Shown here: one piece after another, positions 36,370 through 43,787 of the stretch | How positions within the stretch are numbered: position 1 is the first letter of the stretch | Layout of the letters: the number at the start of each line of letters is the position of its first letter | From: Bradymonadales bacterium | Lineage (GTDB): Bacteria > Bdellovibrionota > UBA2394 | Direction: 5' to 3' | DNA: 43,787 nucleotides | Assembly: GCA_007693605.1 (NCBI GenBank) | Contig: REDG01000053.1 | Location: forward strand, 1-43,787 | Made by a program: the position numbers and the translations under genes | The notes under the pieces: model-generated | What the model was told of the DNA's origin: nothing | Database searches by the model: none | What the model saw: the letters and a program-made list of their open reading frames with translations, nothing else

Positions 36370-36805
36370 TGGCGACCCCTCTCTTCTTTGCCATCTCTTC
36401 CATTCGCTTGGTAAAGGAACGAATCAAAGCCGGAAGCTGACTCTCTGTTAACTTCTTTGAAATGGCCGACGGCACAAAGGCCCCGAGCTTTACTTCCACT
36501 CCATACTCAATTCGAGTCTTGTTTTCCGAGATCTCGTGAAAGCGCCAATAGCCTCGATTATCTTTGATGATTTCCCCAGAAACAAAGCTCCATCGAATCT
36601 CTTCAGGTTCGTTGACACTAAAGCGCAGGCGATACGAAAGAGACTTCATCACCTCAATCTGAAAGTCGGCCTCAAAATCATTTCCGCTTCCGTGCCTTTT
36701 GGCGTACTTCGTCGCTCCCAGAAACTCAGGGTAAGCCTCGACATCGGCCACAACACCAAAACAAACACTTCTGGGAGCCTCTACTTCAAACACTCGTTCA
36801 TGCAC
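36362..36805 (-). CDS. START/SRPBCC (RatA/COQ10/polyketide cyclase) family protein
   Basis: VVADVEAYPEFL, IRWSFVSG, NRGYWRF and TRIEY motifs. Confidence 0.85.
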   Translation of the reverse strand: MHERVFEVEAPRSVCFGVVADVEAYPEFLGATKYAKRHGSGNDFEADFQIEVMKSLSYRLRFSVNEPEEIRWSFVSGEIIKDNRGYWRFHEISENKTRIEYGVEVKLGAFVPSAISKKLTESQLPALIRSFTKRMEEMAKKRGVANG

Positions 36806-36829
36806 GCTCTTATCTCCTCTTCAAATGAT

Positions 36830-37798
36830 CTAGGCCGGAAACCCGAGAATTCCATCTTTTCTGTCAAACCGATGATCTGAAACCAAGTGCCGAATCGTTC
36901 CGGATTTCGAACGCATCACAATCGAATAAGTTCGACAGCCTCCCGAATAGAAATTCACTCCACGCAAAAAAGTGCCCGTTGTGACTCCAGTGGCACTAAA
37001 CATCACCTCACCTCGTGCCAAATCCGTCATCCCATAGACTCGATCAAAGTCTTTGATGCCTAGGGCACGGGCCCGCTCCTTCTCCGCCTCATCGCGAAAG
37101 GTCAACTGCCCCTGAATCTCGCCCCCCATGCATTTCAAGGCGGCTGCCGTAATGACGCCTTCAGGCGCTCCACCCGTTCCCAAAAGAACATCAATTCCTG
37201 AGTCAGGTTCACAAACGGCAATTCCGGCAGACACATCGCCATCCTGAATCAATCGAATCCGACAACCCAACTCCCTCACCTCTGCCATCAGAGCCTCGTG
37301 TCGAGGGCGATTCAGCATCACCACCGTCAGTTCGTTAAAGCGACACTTTTTTTTCTCGGCAATCCGGCGAAGGTTCCAAGAAGTGGACTCTCTGAGGTCC
37401 ACCACACCGGAGGCTTCTGGCCCCACGGCGATCTTTTTCATATAAACATCGGGGGCATTCAAAAGGCCCCCCGGCCCAGAAAGAGCTGCCACAGAGATTG
37501 AATTTGACATTCCGTGAGCGCAAATGGTGGTTCCCTCTAAGGGATCAATGGCAATCTCCACTTCAGGACCTTCGCCCGTTCCCAAGCTTTCCCCAATATA
37601 AAGCATTGGAGCCTGATCTCTCTCACCCTCCCCGATTACCACTTTTCCCTTCATGGCGATTCGATTGAAGGAGGTTCGCATGGCAGATACCGCCGCCTGA
37701 TCGCTTAATTTTTCATCGCCAAGGCCAACGGTTCGAGCGGCAGCAATGGCCGCCGCCTCTGTCGCACGAACGCTTTCGAGAGCGAGATTTCTGTCCAT
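36830..37798 (-). CDS. glpX: Fructose-1,6-bisphosphatase class II
   Basis: RATEAAA, VIGEGERDQAPMLYIGE, DPLEGT, PDVYM, RPRH and GGAPEGV motifs; ATG at 37798 with AAGGAG RBS. Confidence 0.96.
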   Translation of the reverse strand: MDRNLALESVRATEAAAIAAARTVGLGDEKLSDQAAVSAMRTSFNRIAMKGKVVIGEGERDQAPMLYIGESLGTGEGPEVEIAIDPLEGTTICAHGMSNSISVAALSGPGGLLNAPDVYMKKIAVGPEASGVVDLRESTSWNLRRIAEKKKCRFNELTVVMLNRPRHEALMAEVRELGCRIRLIQDGDVSAGIAVCEPDSGIDVLLGTGGAPEGVITAAALKCMGGEIQGQLTFRDEAEKERARALGIKDFDRVYGMTDLARGEVMFSATGVTTGTFLRGVNFYSGGCRTYSIVMRSKSGTIRHLVSDHRFDRKDGILGFPA

Positions 37799-37973
37799 TT
37801 CATTCTCCTTCGACCGCTTTGAGTCTAGCCCATGGCTACGCACAGACTCAAGCCTCCGTTAGAAATGTTGGGAGTGTCGCTAAGGGGGCTGTCGCCAAAT
37901 TCTCAGTTCGGGAGTGGCAATAAAGGCCTGAAAAATTCTTTGCCAGCCCAGCTTAGGCTCGCTATGTAAGGAG

Positions 37974-38080
37974 CACATTCGTGGGGGTGCCCGGCGAGTT
38001 TTTGTGATTCGGGGCTGAGATGGCAGGAAAGCCAAACCCCAGAACCTGATCTGGTTCGAACCAGCGGAGGAAACGAGTGA
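37974..38080 (+). promoter_or_regulatory. TPP (thi-box) riboswitch
   Basis: P1 CATTCGT/ACGAGTG; GGGGTGC...GCTGAGA...AACCCC-AGAACCTGAT-CTGGT(TCGA)ACCAG-CGGAGGAA. Confidence 0.9.
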
Positions 38081-38157
38081 GTTGTATTTCAAATAGTCTT
38101 CAGATTTTGTTCCTTTTTCTTCGGCAACCCCAGTCAAGACCTGTCCATCGAAATCTG

Positions 38158-39240
38158 ATGTCTTCAAATTTCGGTAGACTGCTGCTGAGAGGCTTTGTCC
38201 TGACTGCAATGCTGATGCTTTTCAATCCGGTTTTTCTTAGCGCAGAGTCAAAGAAGGCCTCCGTTGCAAGCTGTCAGACAGGCCTGAGCTCGATGGCAAA
38301 ACTCCTAAGAAACCCCTTTCTCACTCCTCTTTCCGATGAAAAACTTGGCGCACGAGCCTTTTTTGAACTTCCCCCAGAGATTCGGCTAAAGATGCTTCGA
38401 GCCTATATCAAATCGGTTCGACCGCCCGTACAAAACTCCCGTCAAAAAAGAGAAAAGTTGGACCTTCTGAAAATTCTCGACCCGAAGGCCGGTTCTGATA
38501 TTCGAGGGCCTAGCCCTATTCGTGAAGAGGATGTTCCACAAGTCTACGGCCCCAATCGAAGCCCTCGGGACATCTTGATTCGAGAGGTTTTCAACTATCT
38601 ACACCACCATGAAGTCTTGATTCACCGGAACCTGCTTGCGAACTCCGTGCAAGTGCTCCGACCCCGCATTCTTTGGGTTTTGGGAATTTTGACCACGCTT
38701 GGCATCACTGCAGGGGTCTACCCACTCGTCTACCCCATTCTTTCCTCTAGAAGCGCAGGAACCAGCGCCTCAGTCGCAGAGCTGGCTTGGTCTGATGCCC
38801 GCCGCGACGCGTTTCGAGCAAGGGCAGCCCTTGCTGGACGACCCATTCCGCAACTATCGGAGACATGGTCTGGCCTCGATGCCTCCTCTCAGAAAAAGCT
38901 TCTCGGCGAACTTGAAAGGCTCGCCACAACCTACAATCTTGATATTAATCAGACCCTCGGAATGTTTGAGCAGTATGGTCGGGATGAATGGAAAAGCAAT
39001 ATCGGACATCTTGCGAGCCTGATCTTGTTGATCGAGTCAACAAGCTCTGAAGAAGTCCGAGGCTTCGCCCTGAAAAACCTTTGGCTTTTTTATCTCTTAC
39101 ACCCCGATCTGTTCAGTTCGGGCTTTGGTCAGTTGGTAGATCTAGAGGACTTTGTTGGTGAATTTCTTGAAAGCAAAGATCCGACTCTTGAGCATCGCGA
39201 TCATGTGCTTCGACACCAAGAGAATCTCTTTAGGAAATGA
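38158..39240 (+). CDS. Hypothetical exported/membrane protein downstream of the TPP riboswitch
   Basis: Signal-like N-terminus (GFVLTAMLMLFNPVFLSA) and one internal TM (ILWVLGILTTLGITAGVYPLVYPIL); no known motif. Confidence 0.7.
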   Translation: MSSNFGRLLLRGFVLTAMLMLFNPVFLSAESKKASVASCQTGLSSMAKLLRNPFLTPLSDEKLGARAFFELPPEIRLKMLRAYIKSVRPPVQNSRQKREKLDLLKILDPKAGSDIRGPSPIREEDVPQVYGPNRSPRDILIREVFNYLHHHEVLIHRNLLANSVQVLRPRILWVLGILTTLGITAGVYPLVYPILSSRSAGTSASVAELAWSDARRDAFRARAALAGRPIPQLSETWSGLDASSQKKLLGELERLATTYNLDINQTLGMFEQYGRDEWKSNIGHLASLILLIESTSSEEVRGFALKNLWLFYLLHPDLFSSGFGQLVDLEDFVGEFLESKDPTLEHRDHVLRHQENLFRK

Positions 39241-39307
39241 TGTCTGCTAGAGCCCCTCGACGATCGGCAATCGACTGAGCTTTGATCAAGTTTTGGGGTT
39301 TTCTTCC

Positions 39308-40339
39308 TTAACTCGTCTCTTTCAGTAAATCTTCGGCTGCTCGACGACCTGAGAGATAAGCCCCTTCCACACGACCCCCTAGAAAAGCATCTCCTATGAT
39401 ATAGAGCGCTTCTCGCCGAGAAACCAAGAAAGATTGAGAGCGGCTGTCTGCAGACCGGTCTTTCGGTTGAGAATATCTCCATCGATGAATGCCGTGAAGA
39501 ATGCCCGGCTCTTCAAGAAAGTCCGACAAAGCTCGCAAACGCCCCTTCCTCTCTCTTTTCCAAAACTCTTGAGGCTCTTCTCGCTCCACCACTTCCCATA
39601 ACTCTTCTGAGACAGCTCCCGCTAAATGAACCGTTACGGCCAAGCCCTCACAAAGTCCCTTGTCTTGATTGTTTGCAATCCAACGAACGCTAGATTCCGA
39701 AGGGGGCCAAAAAGCTCCCTTTTCTAGACAGGTTGGTAAGCGGCTAAGCTCAAACAACAGAGCCAAGCAGGGTTCGTATTGAAAAGACTCCAGTTCCTTA
39801 GCCAGAGTTTTCGAAACTTCTGACGAAGTCAGTAGGTCGATCGCTTGAGGGGCGGGGCAACTGAGCATGACATATTCGGCCCGCTCAAGTCGTCCATCTT
39901 TTGAGAAAACTTTCCAAGCTTCTGCAGAGCGCTCAAGCCTGTTAGCCCTCCACTCAAGTTGAATCGTCAGGCCTTCTGACCACTTTGCCATCAAACGACG
40001 AATCCCGTCAGGCGAAACCCAGCGCTCTTGAGGCTCTTGCCGTCTTTTCGCATCGCCCGATAAGAATTCAGCTCGCCAGGCATTCAGCCAGCCACGACTC
40101 TTCCAGTTTTGAACTTCTTTTTCGAAAGCCGGATCTCTGACCGTAAAATATTGCGCTCCAAAATCAAAGCGCAGCTCACCGTAAGACCTCGTGGCCATTC
40201 TACCCCCCACGCCCCTCGCCTTTTCGAGAAGAACACAATCCACCCCACCCTCTTTCAAACGATGGGCCGCACTTAAGCCCGCAATTCCAGCGCCGATGAT
40301 GATCACCTTTTGATTCAAGAAGTCTTTCCCTTCATCCAT
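39308..40339 (-). CDS. Renalase-like FAD/NAD(P)-dependent oxidoreductase
   Basis: IIGAGIAG, EKARGVGGRMATR, FDFGAQYF, HRWRYS and GD...VEGAYLSG motifs. Confidence 0.9.
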   Translation of the reverse strand: MDEGKDFLNQKVIIIGAGIAGLSAAHRLKEGGVDCVLLEKARGVGGRMATRSYGELRFDFGAQYFTVRDPAFEKEVQNWKSRGWLNAWRAEFLSGDAKRRQEPQERWVSPDGIRRLMAKWSEGLTIQLEWRANRLERSAEAWKVFSKDGRLERAEYVMLSCPAPQAIDLLTSSEVSKTLAKELESFQYEPCLALLFELSRLPTCLEKGAFWPPSESSVRWIANNQDKGLCEGLAVTVHLAGAVSEELWEVVEREEPQEFWKRERKGRLRALSDFLEEPGILHGIHRWRYSQPKDRSADSRSQSFLVSRREALYIIGDAFLGGRVEGAYLSGRRAAEDLLKETS

Positions 40340-41652
40340 CGACTCGACAGTCTAAGAAAACGGGCGCTCAAAACCAGCGCCATTACCCCCAGACCGAGAG
40401 CGAGACCAATCCAAAGGCCGACCGCCTCAAGGCCCATAGAGAATCCAACAAAGAGACCCAAGGGCAGGCCAAGAACCCAATAAGCCACAAAGCACAAAAG
40501 CATCGGCACTTGCACATCTCCATAGCCTCGAAGCACTCCCGTCGTCACACTTTGAAGTCCATCAAAAATCTGAAAGACGGCTGCGATCACAATGAGTTTC
40601 GCCCCGAGTGCAATCACTTCCGAATCGGAGATATACCAAGACGGTAACTGCTCACGCAAAAGAAACAAGACAAGGGCGCTCAAACTCATAAAACAAAAGG
40701 CGAAGCATCCCACACCCACACCAATTCTTCGACAGGCCTCGAAGTCCTTTTGACCAAAAGCAAAGCCCACACGAATTGTGGCCGCATAGCCGAGGCTCAG
40801 GGTGATGACATAAGTCAAGGTGGCCATATTCAAAACGATCTGATGGGCCGCCAGCGCTGTGGCTCCAAACCAACCGACAAAAATAGTGACAGAACTAAAG
40901 GCTCCAATTTCGAATAGGCTGTAGCTGGCCGTAGGCAATCCGATCTGAAGGTTTCTGAGTGCAAGCTTTCGTCGCCAAGACCGACTCCAGCGCTTCGGAA
41001 GATAAACACGAAAGAAGGGCGAACGAAACAAAATCCAAAGCATCATGCCCGCCATCGTGCTTCGAGAAATCAAAGTCGCCACACCCGCCCCAAGCAATTC
41101 GAGTCGTGGAAAGCCATACAGACCGTAAATGAGAAGAAAGTTGAGAGCCACATTCAGGACCACACCAAAGAGGGCGACCAACATGGGGGTTTTGACATTC
41201 CCCAAGCCCTCAGAAAACTGGCGAATGGCATTCTGCAACGCCATGGGCAGACAAGAAAGTGCCAAGCAAAACAGATAAGGAGTCGCCGCTTCGGCGACGG
41301 CGGCTGGCTGCCCAAACAAGTCCAGCGCGGGAACAAAAGCCGAGAGAATCGCAAAGGAAAGCACCCCCACAATCAAACTGAGGATGGCTCCATGCTTAAA
41401 GTTTTCAAAGATGAGATAGTGTCGCCTCGCCCCTCTTGCCTGCGCGACCAGGGTGGCAATCGAAGCGGTAAAGCTCATGCTAAAGACCATGAACAGAGCA
41501 AAAAGGCTGCTCGCAAAGGCAGAAGCCGCCAGATCGACCGCACCCAACCGTCCAATCATCAGAGCGTCGGTAATTTGCAAAATCACCTGCGTCGTCTGAG
41601 CGACCATAATGGGGAGACCGAGTTTTAAACTCAGCCAAAGATCTCGAATCAC
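40315..41652 (-). CDS. MATE family efflux transporter (NorM-like)
   Basis: About 12 TM helices; TDALMIGRLG, GAGVATLISR, ALAAHQI and FQIFDGLQ motifs. Confidence 0.92.
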   Translation of the reverse strand: MIRDLWLSLKLGLPIMVAQTTQVILQITDALMIGRLGAVDLAASAFASSLFALFMVFSMSFTASIATLVAQARGARRHYLIFENFKHGAILSLIVGVLSFAILSAFVPALDLFGQPAAVAEAATPYLFCLALSCLPMALQNAIRQFSEGLGNVKTPMLVALFGVVLNVALNFLLIYGLYGFPRLELLGAGVATLISRSTMAGMMLWILFRSPFFRVYLPKRWSRSWRRKLALRNLQIGLPTASYSLFEIGAFSSVTIFVGWFGATALAAHQIVLNMATLTYVITLSLGYAATIRVGFAFGQKDFEACRRIGVGVGCFAFCFMSLSALVLFLLREQLPSWYISDSEVIALGAKLIVIAAVFQIFDGLQSVTTGVLRGYGDVQVPMLLCFVAYWVLGLPLGLFVGFSMGLEAVGLWIGLALGLGVMALVLSARFLRLSSRWMKGKTS

Positions 41653-41714
41653 CTTCTAGCTTTTGAAGATTTCCCCTGAATTGGCAAGGTCCAGCTCCAA
41701 GAATAAAGCCGAAA

Positions 41715-42083
41715 CTAATCGTCTCCCTCTCGAAAGTCTCGAATCTCTTGTCGAATGCACTCTCGCAGTTGAGAGGCTTGGCTCGCTTCAGGAAATTGCT
41801 CTTCGCAACGAGCCCAGGCGGCCCTTCGAATGTTCCTTCGTCTCATTTGTGGCGTCATTCTTTGCAGAGCCTCTTCATCTTCAATGAGGGGTGGGGGTGT
41901 TTCTTTTACATTTGAAGGAGCAGTCTGCTGAGGCCTCGTCGACCGCTCGCCTGAGGGGGGTCCAGCCCGCTGAGCCAAAAGCGGGGAAGCCGACTCAACA
42001 GCATTGAGAGAGCTTTCCGCCTTCAAATCCGACAAGCCCACAAAGCCCAGTAAAATCAGAGAAAAATAAGCCGCCTTTTTCAT
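41715..42083 (-). CDS. Small secreted hypothetical protein
   Basis: Signal peptide, Pro/Gln-rich linker, C-terminal helical domain with two Cys; GGAGG RBS. Confidence 0.7.
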   Translation of the reverse strand: MKKAAYFSLILLGFVGLSDLKAESSLNAVESASPLLAQRAGPPSGERSTRPQQTAPSNVKETPPPLIEDEEALQRMTPQMRRRNIRRAAWARCEEQFPEASQASQLRECIRQEIRDFREGDD

Positions 42084-42194
42084 TCAAAAACCCTCCGCCA
42101 TTTTCTCACTCAAAGTCCATTCTATCGCCCCCAACACAGCCTCTAAAGAGCTTTCTTCCCCATTTCTTTGGAGCAAAAAGCTGAATATTTTGTT

Positions 42195-42213
42195 TTTAAA
42201 ATATGACATATTT
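42195..42213 (+). repeat. Left copy of 19-bp inverted repeat (core palindrome AAATATG-N-CATATTT)
   Basis: TTTAAAATATGACATATTT is the exact reverse complement of 43356-43374. Confidence 0.9.
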
Positions 42214-42301
42214 CCGTCTGATAGAAAACCTCTTAAAAAGCCAAAGAACGCCATAAACTTTTTGATTTCTTATTTTTATATAATATTTTATTATATTATA
42301 A

Positions 42302-42991
42302 ATGATCCTGTATAAGCTCTTCGCTTACCAAGAAAGCTCCGATCCATCTCTGCGATCGCACTACTATCGACACCGCTCGATTCTCCAAAAGAAGCTTTCA
42401 GAGATTCCTTTCGCCCCATGGTTTGGTGAGAAGGACGCCGAACTTATCCGGCTTCTGTCAAAGTTTGGGCCCCTAGAGCCCGCAGATCTGCAGAATCAAT
42501 CGCAGCAGTCGAAGCTCCGAAAGTGGAATCAGATTCTGCCGCAAGATCCTCATTTCTTTAGAATGCTAGAGGGCCAGATGCAGCTCTATAAAAACTTTTC
42601 CGAGTCAAGCATCGAGCGGTTTTTCGAGAGTCCAGAAGCCAAGGCTTGGGCGCTGCAACGAGCAAAACTAAATCGCCCTCCACTCTTTGAACTCGATCAA
42701 TTTTTCAAGTCTTCGAAGACTCCTGCACTCCATCGTGAGAAAGTGGCGCGGGCGCTGTTAAGATCTCAGCCCCTTCTTCGCTTGATCGATCTACAGGAGA
42801 TGGGGCTGAAAAATGCTCAGACCATTTGGGAGCGATTCCCTTTTCGAGAACTCTATCGGAGGTCTTATCTAGACTCTCTAAAATCAAATCTCTCTGCCGG
42901 GAAAAGCTCTCGTAGACTGGACTTGGAGAGTAACCCCATAGCCCAGACTTTCCCAAAAGCCTTCGAAGCTGAGCCTCAGTCAGTTGAATGA
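42302..42991 (+). CDS. Hypothetical protein
   Basis: 229-aa ORF after a very AT-rich promoter-like tract; no SD (possibly leaderless); overlaps the antisense HTH gene by 287 bp. Confidence 0.6.
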   Translation: MILYKLFAYQESSDPSLRSHYYRHRSILQKKLSEIPFAPWFGEKDAELIRLLSKFGPLEPADLQNQSQQSKLRKWNQILPQDPHFFRMLEGQMQLYKNFSESSIERFFESPEAKAWALQRAKLNRPPLFELDQFFKSSKTPALHREKVARALLRSQPLLRLIDLQEMGLKNAQTIWERFPFRELYRRSYLDSLKSNLSAGKSSRRLDLESNPIAQTFPKAFEAEPQSVE

Positions 42992-43280
42992 AGTAGTATC
43001 GAGAAAGAACTTTGCGAAGAACGCGAAGGCTAGGTGCTTTCAGCAGAATATAAGCCTCTACAATCTGCTGCCTCGACTGTTCGTCGAGCCTCTCTTTTCG
43101 CAACCGCTTTGTCTGTGCGAGTTTGCGCTCCGACTCTCTGATCCACCGATAGATGGTCTCTCGCGAGACCCCGAGATCTCGGGCAATGCTCTGAATGGGT
43201 TGGGCCTCTGACCAAGCGACTAGGGCCCTTCTCTTTTGCTCGGAAAGCTTGGTTTCAAATTGTTTATTATTCTTTGTCAT
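42705..43280 (-). CDS. Transposase-type double HTH DNA-binding protein without catalytic domain
   Basis: IQSIARDLGVSRETIYRWIR (HTH) followed by SLRVLRKVLSRYYFIQLTEAQLRRLLGKSGL (winged-HTH of the IS630/IS481 type); no DDE domain visible. Confidence 0.7.
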   Translation of the reverse strand: MTKNNKQFETKLSEQKRRALVAWSEAQPIQSIARDLGVSRETIYRWIRESERKLAQTKRLRKERLDEQSRQQIVEAYILLKAPSLRVLRKVLSRYYFIQLTEAQLRRLLGKSGLWGYSPSPVYESFSRQRDLILESLDKTSDRVLEKGIAPKWSEHFSAPSPVDRSSEEGAEILTAPAPLSHDGVQESSKT

Positions 43281-43355
43281 TTCATCTCATTTTGATACAA
43301 TTAACAAAGCTTGATACTCGCTCCTATATGCCCTTCTAGCTTTTCCTATTTCAGC

Positions 43356-43374
43356 AAATATGTCATATTTTAAA
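43356..43374 (-). repeat. Right copy of 19-bp inverted repeat
   Basis: AAATATGTCATATTTTAAA on the + strand. Confidence 0.9.
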
Positions 43375-43395
43375 TTTAAAATTTATAAATTATGA

Positions 43396-43422
43396 GTTCG
43401 TAAAATTATTTATTTTACGAAC
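43396..43422. other. Perfect palindrome, candidate tyrosine-recombinase binding/crossover site
   Basis: GTTCGTAAAAT-TATTT-ATTTTACGAAC, ending 28 nt before the recombinase ATG. Confidence 0.6.
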
Positions 43423-43450
43423 AGAGTAGAATTGGCGAAGATAATGGGAG

Positions 43451-43710
43451 ATGAAGAGCGGCCAGAACCCGAAAATTTTAGAAGCTGAGAGGCACCCCCT
43501 TTTTGTGGCCCTTGGGCAGTACCTGGTCGAGCTTCGAGAAGATCGAAAACTGAGCCCGAGCTCAGTCTCTCTTTACGAGCGAGAGATTCTGGGGCTTTTT
43601 GGGCTCCTGTCGAATCCTAGCGATCTTAGTGATCTGAAATTGAGCCTGCGGAAAGCTTCGACGGCCACCATTCGTCGAAAGATCGGAATATGGAAGCAGT
43701 TTTTGAGAAG
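43451..43710 (+). CDS. Xer-like tyrosine recombinase, N-terminal (SAM-like) domain; partial, truncated by contig end
   Basis: Manual translation: MKSGQNPKILEAERHPLFVALGQYLVELREDRKLSPSSVSLYEREI...ASTATIRRKIGIWKQFLRS. This matches the XerC/D pattern (YL..ER.LS..T...Y.R....S..TI.RK). Confidence 0.7.
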
Positions 43711-43787
43711 CGGGCGGGCGCCGGGGGGGGGGGGCGGGGGGGGGGGGCGGGGGGCGGCGGGGGGGCGGCGGGGGGGGGGGGGGGGGG
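43711..43787. other. Poly-G low-complexity tail, probable sequencing/assembly artefact
   Basis: An almost pure G run interrupts the ORF at the window end. Confidence 0.85.

Noticed and set aside
42195..43710. Integron (intI plus attI/attC cassettes)
   Set aside because: The recombinase N-terminus looks XerC/D-like rather than IntI-like, and no attC-type GTTRRRY-bounded hairpins follow the neighbouring genes.
43711..43787. G-rich tract as a G-quadruplex or repeat element
   Set aside because: A nearly pure G run at the contig end that breaks an ORF is typical of two-colour sequencing artefacts.

Overview
Bacterial chromosomal fragment of moderate GC. The gene content (PilZ protein, tandem HD-GYP proteins, a pilin-like gene, many signal-peptide hypotheticals) suggests a Bdellovibrionota/deltaproteobacteria-like organism, which is an inference. 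Housekeeping genes include ctaA, dksA, lgt, cdd, hemH, a bamB-like gene, der, rnc, mnmA, thiN, glpX and a MATE pump. They are interspersed with secreted hypotheticals, an AbrB-Doc toxin-antitoxin pair and an orphan hicB. The best candidate for an undescribed system is at the right end (42.2-43.7 kb). Two convergent ORFs overlapping by 287 bp (an unknown protein and a transposase-type double-HTH protein with no visible catalytic domain) are bracketed by a perfect 19-bp inverted repeat. A second perfect palindrome and the start of a Xer-like tyrosine recombinase follow, so this may be an invertible switch or a co-regulated module with a single-recombinase site. Other highlights: a TPP riboswitch in front of a secreted hypothetical with no recognisable thiamine function; two ~200-nt highly structured intergenic elements and a dispersed repeat family; a sugar-type ABC ATPase and a DUF71 PP-loop protein that have both lost catalytic motifs; and sigma54-like promoters before secreted orphan proteins. 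The window ends in a poly-G artefact.
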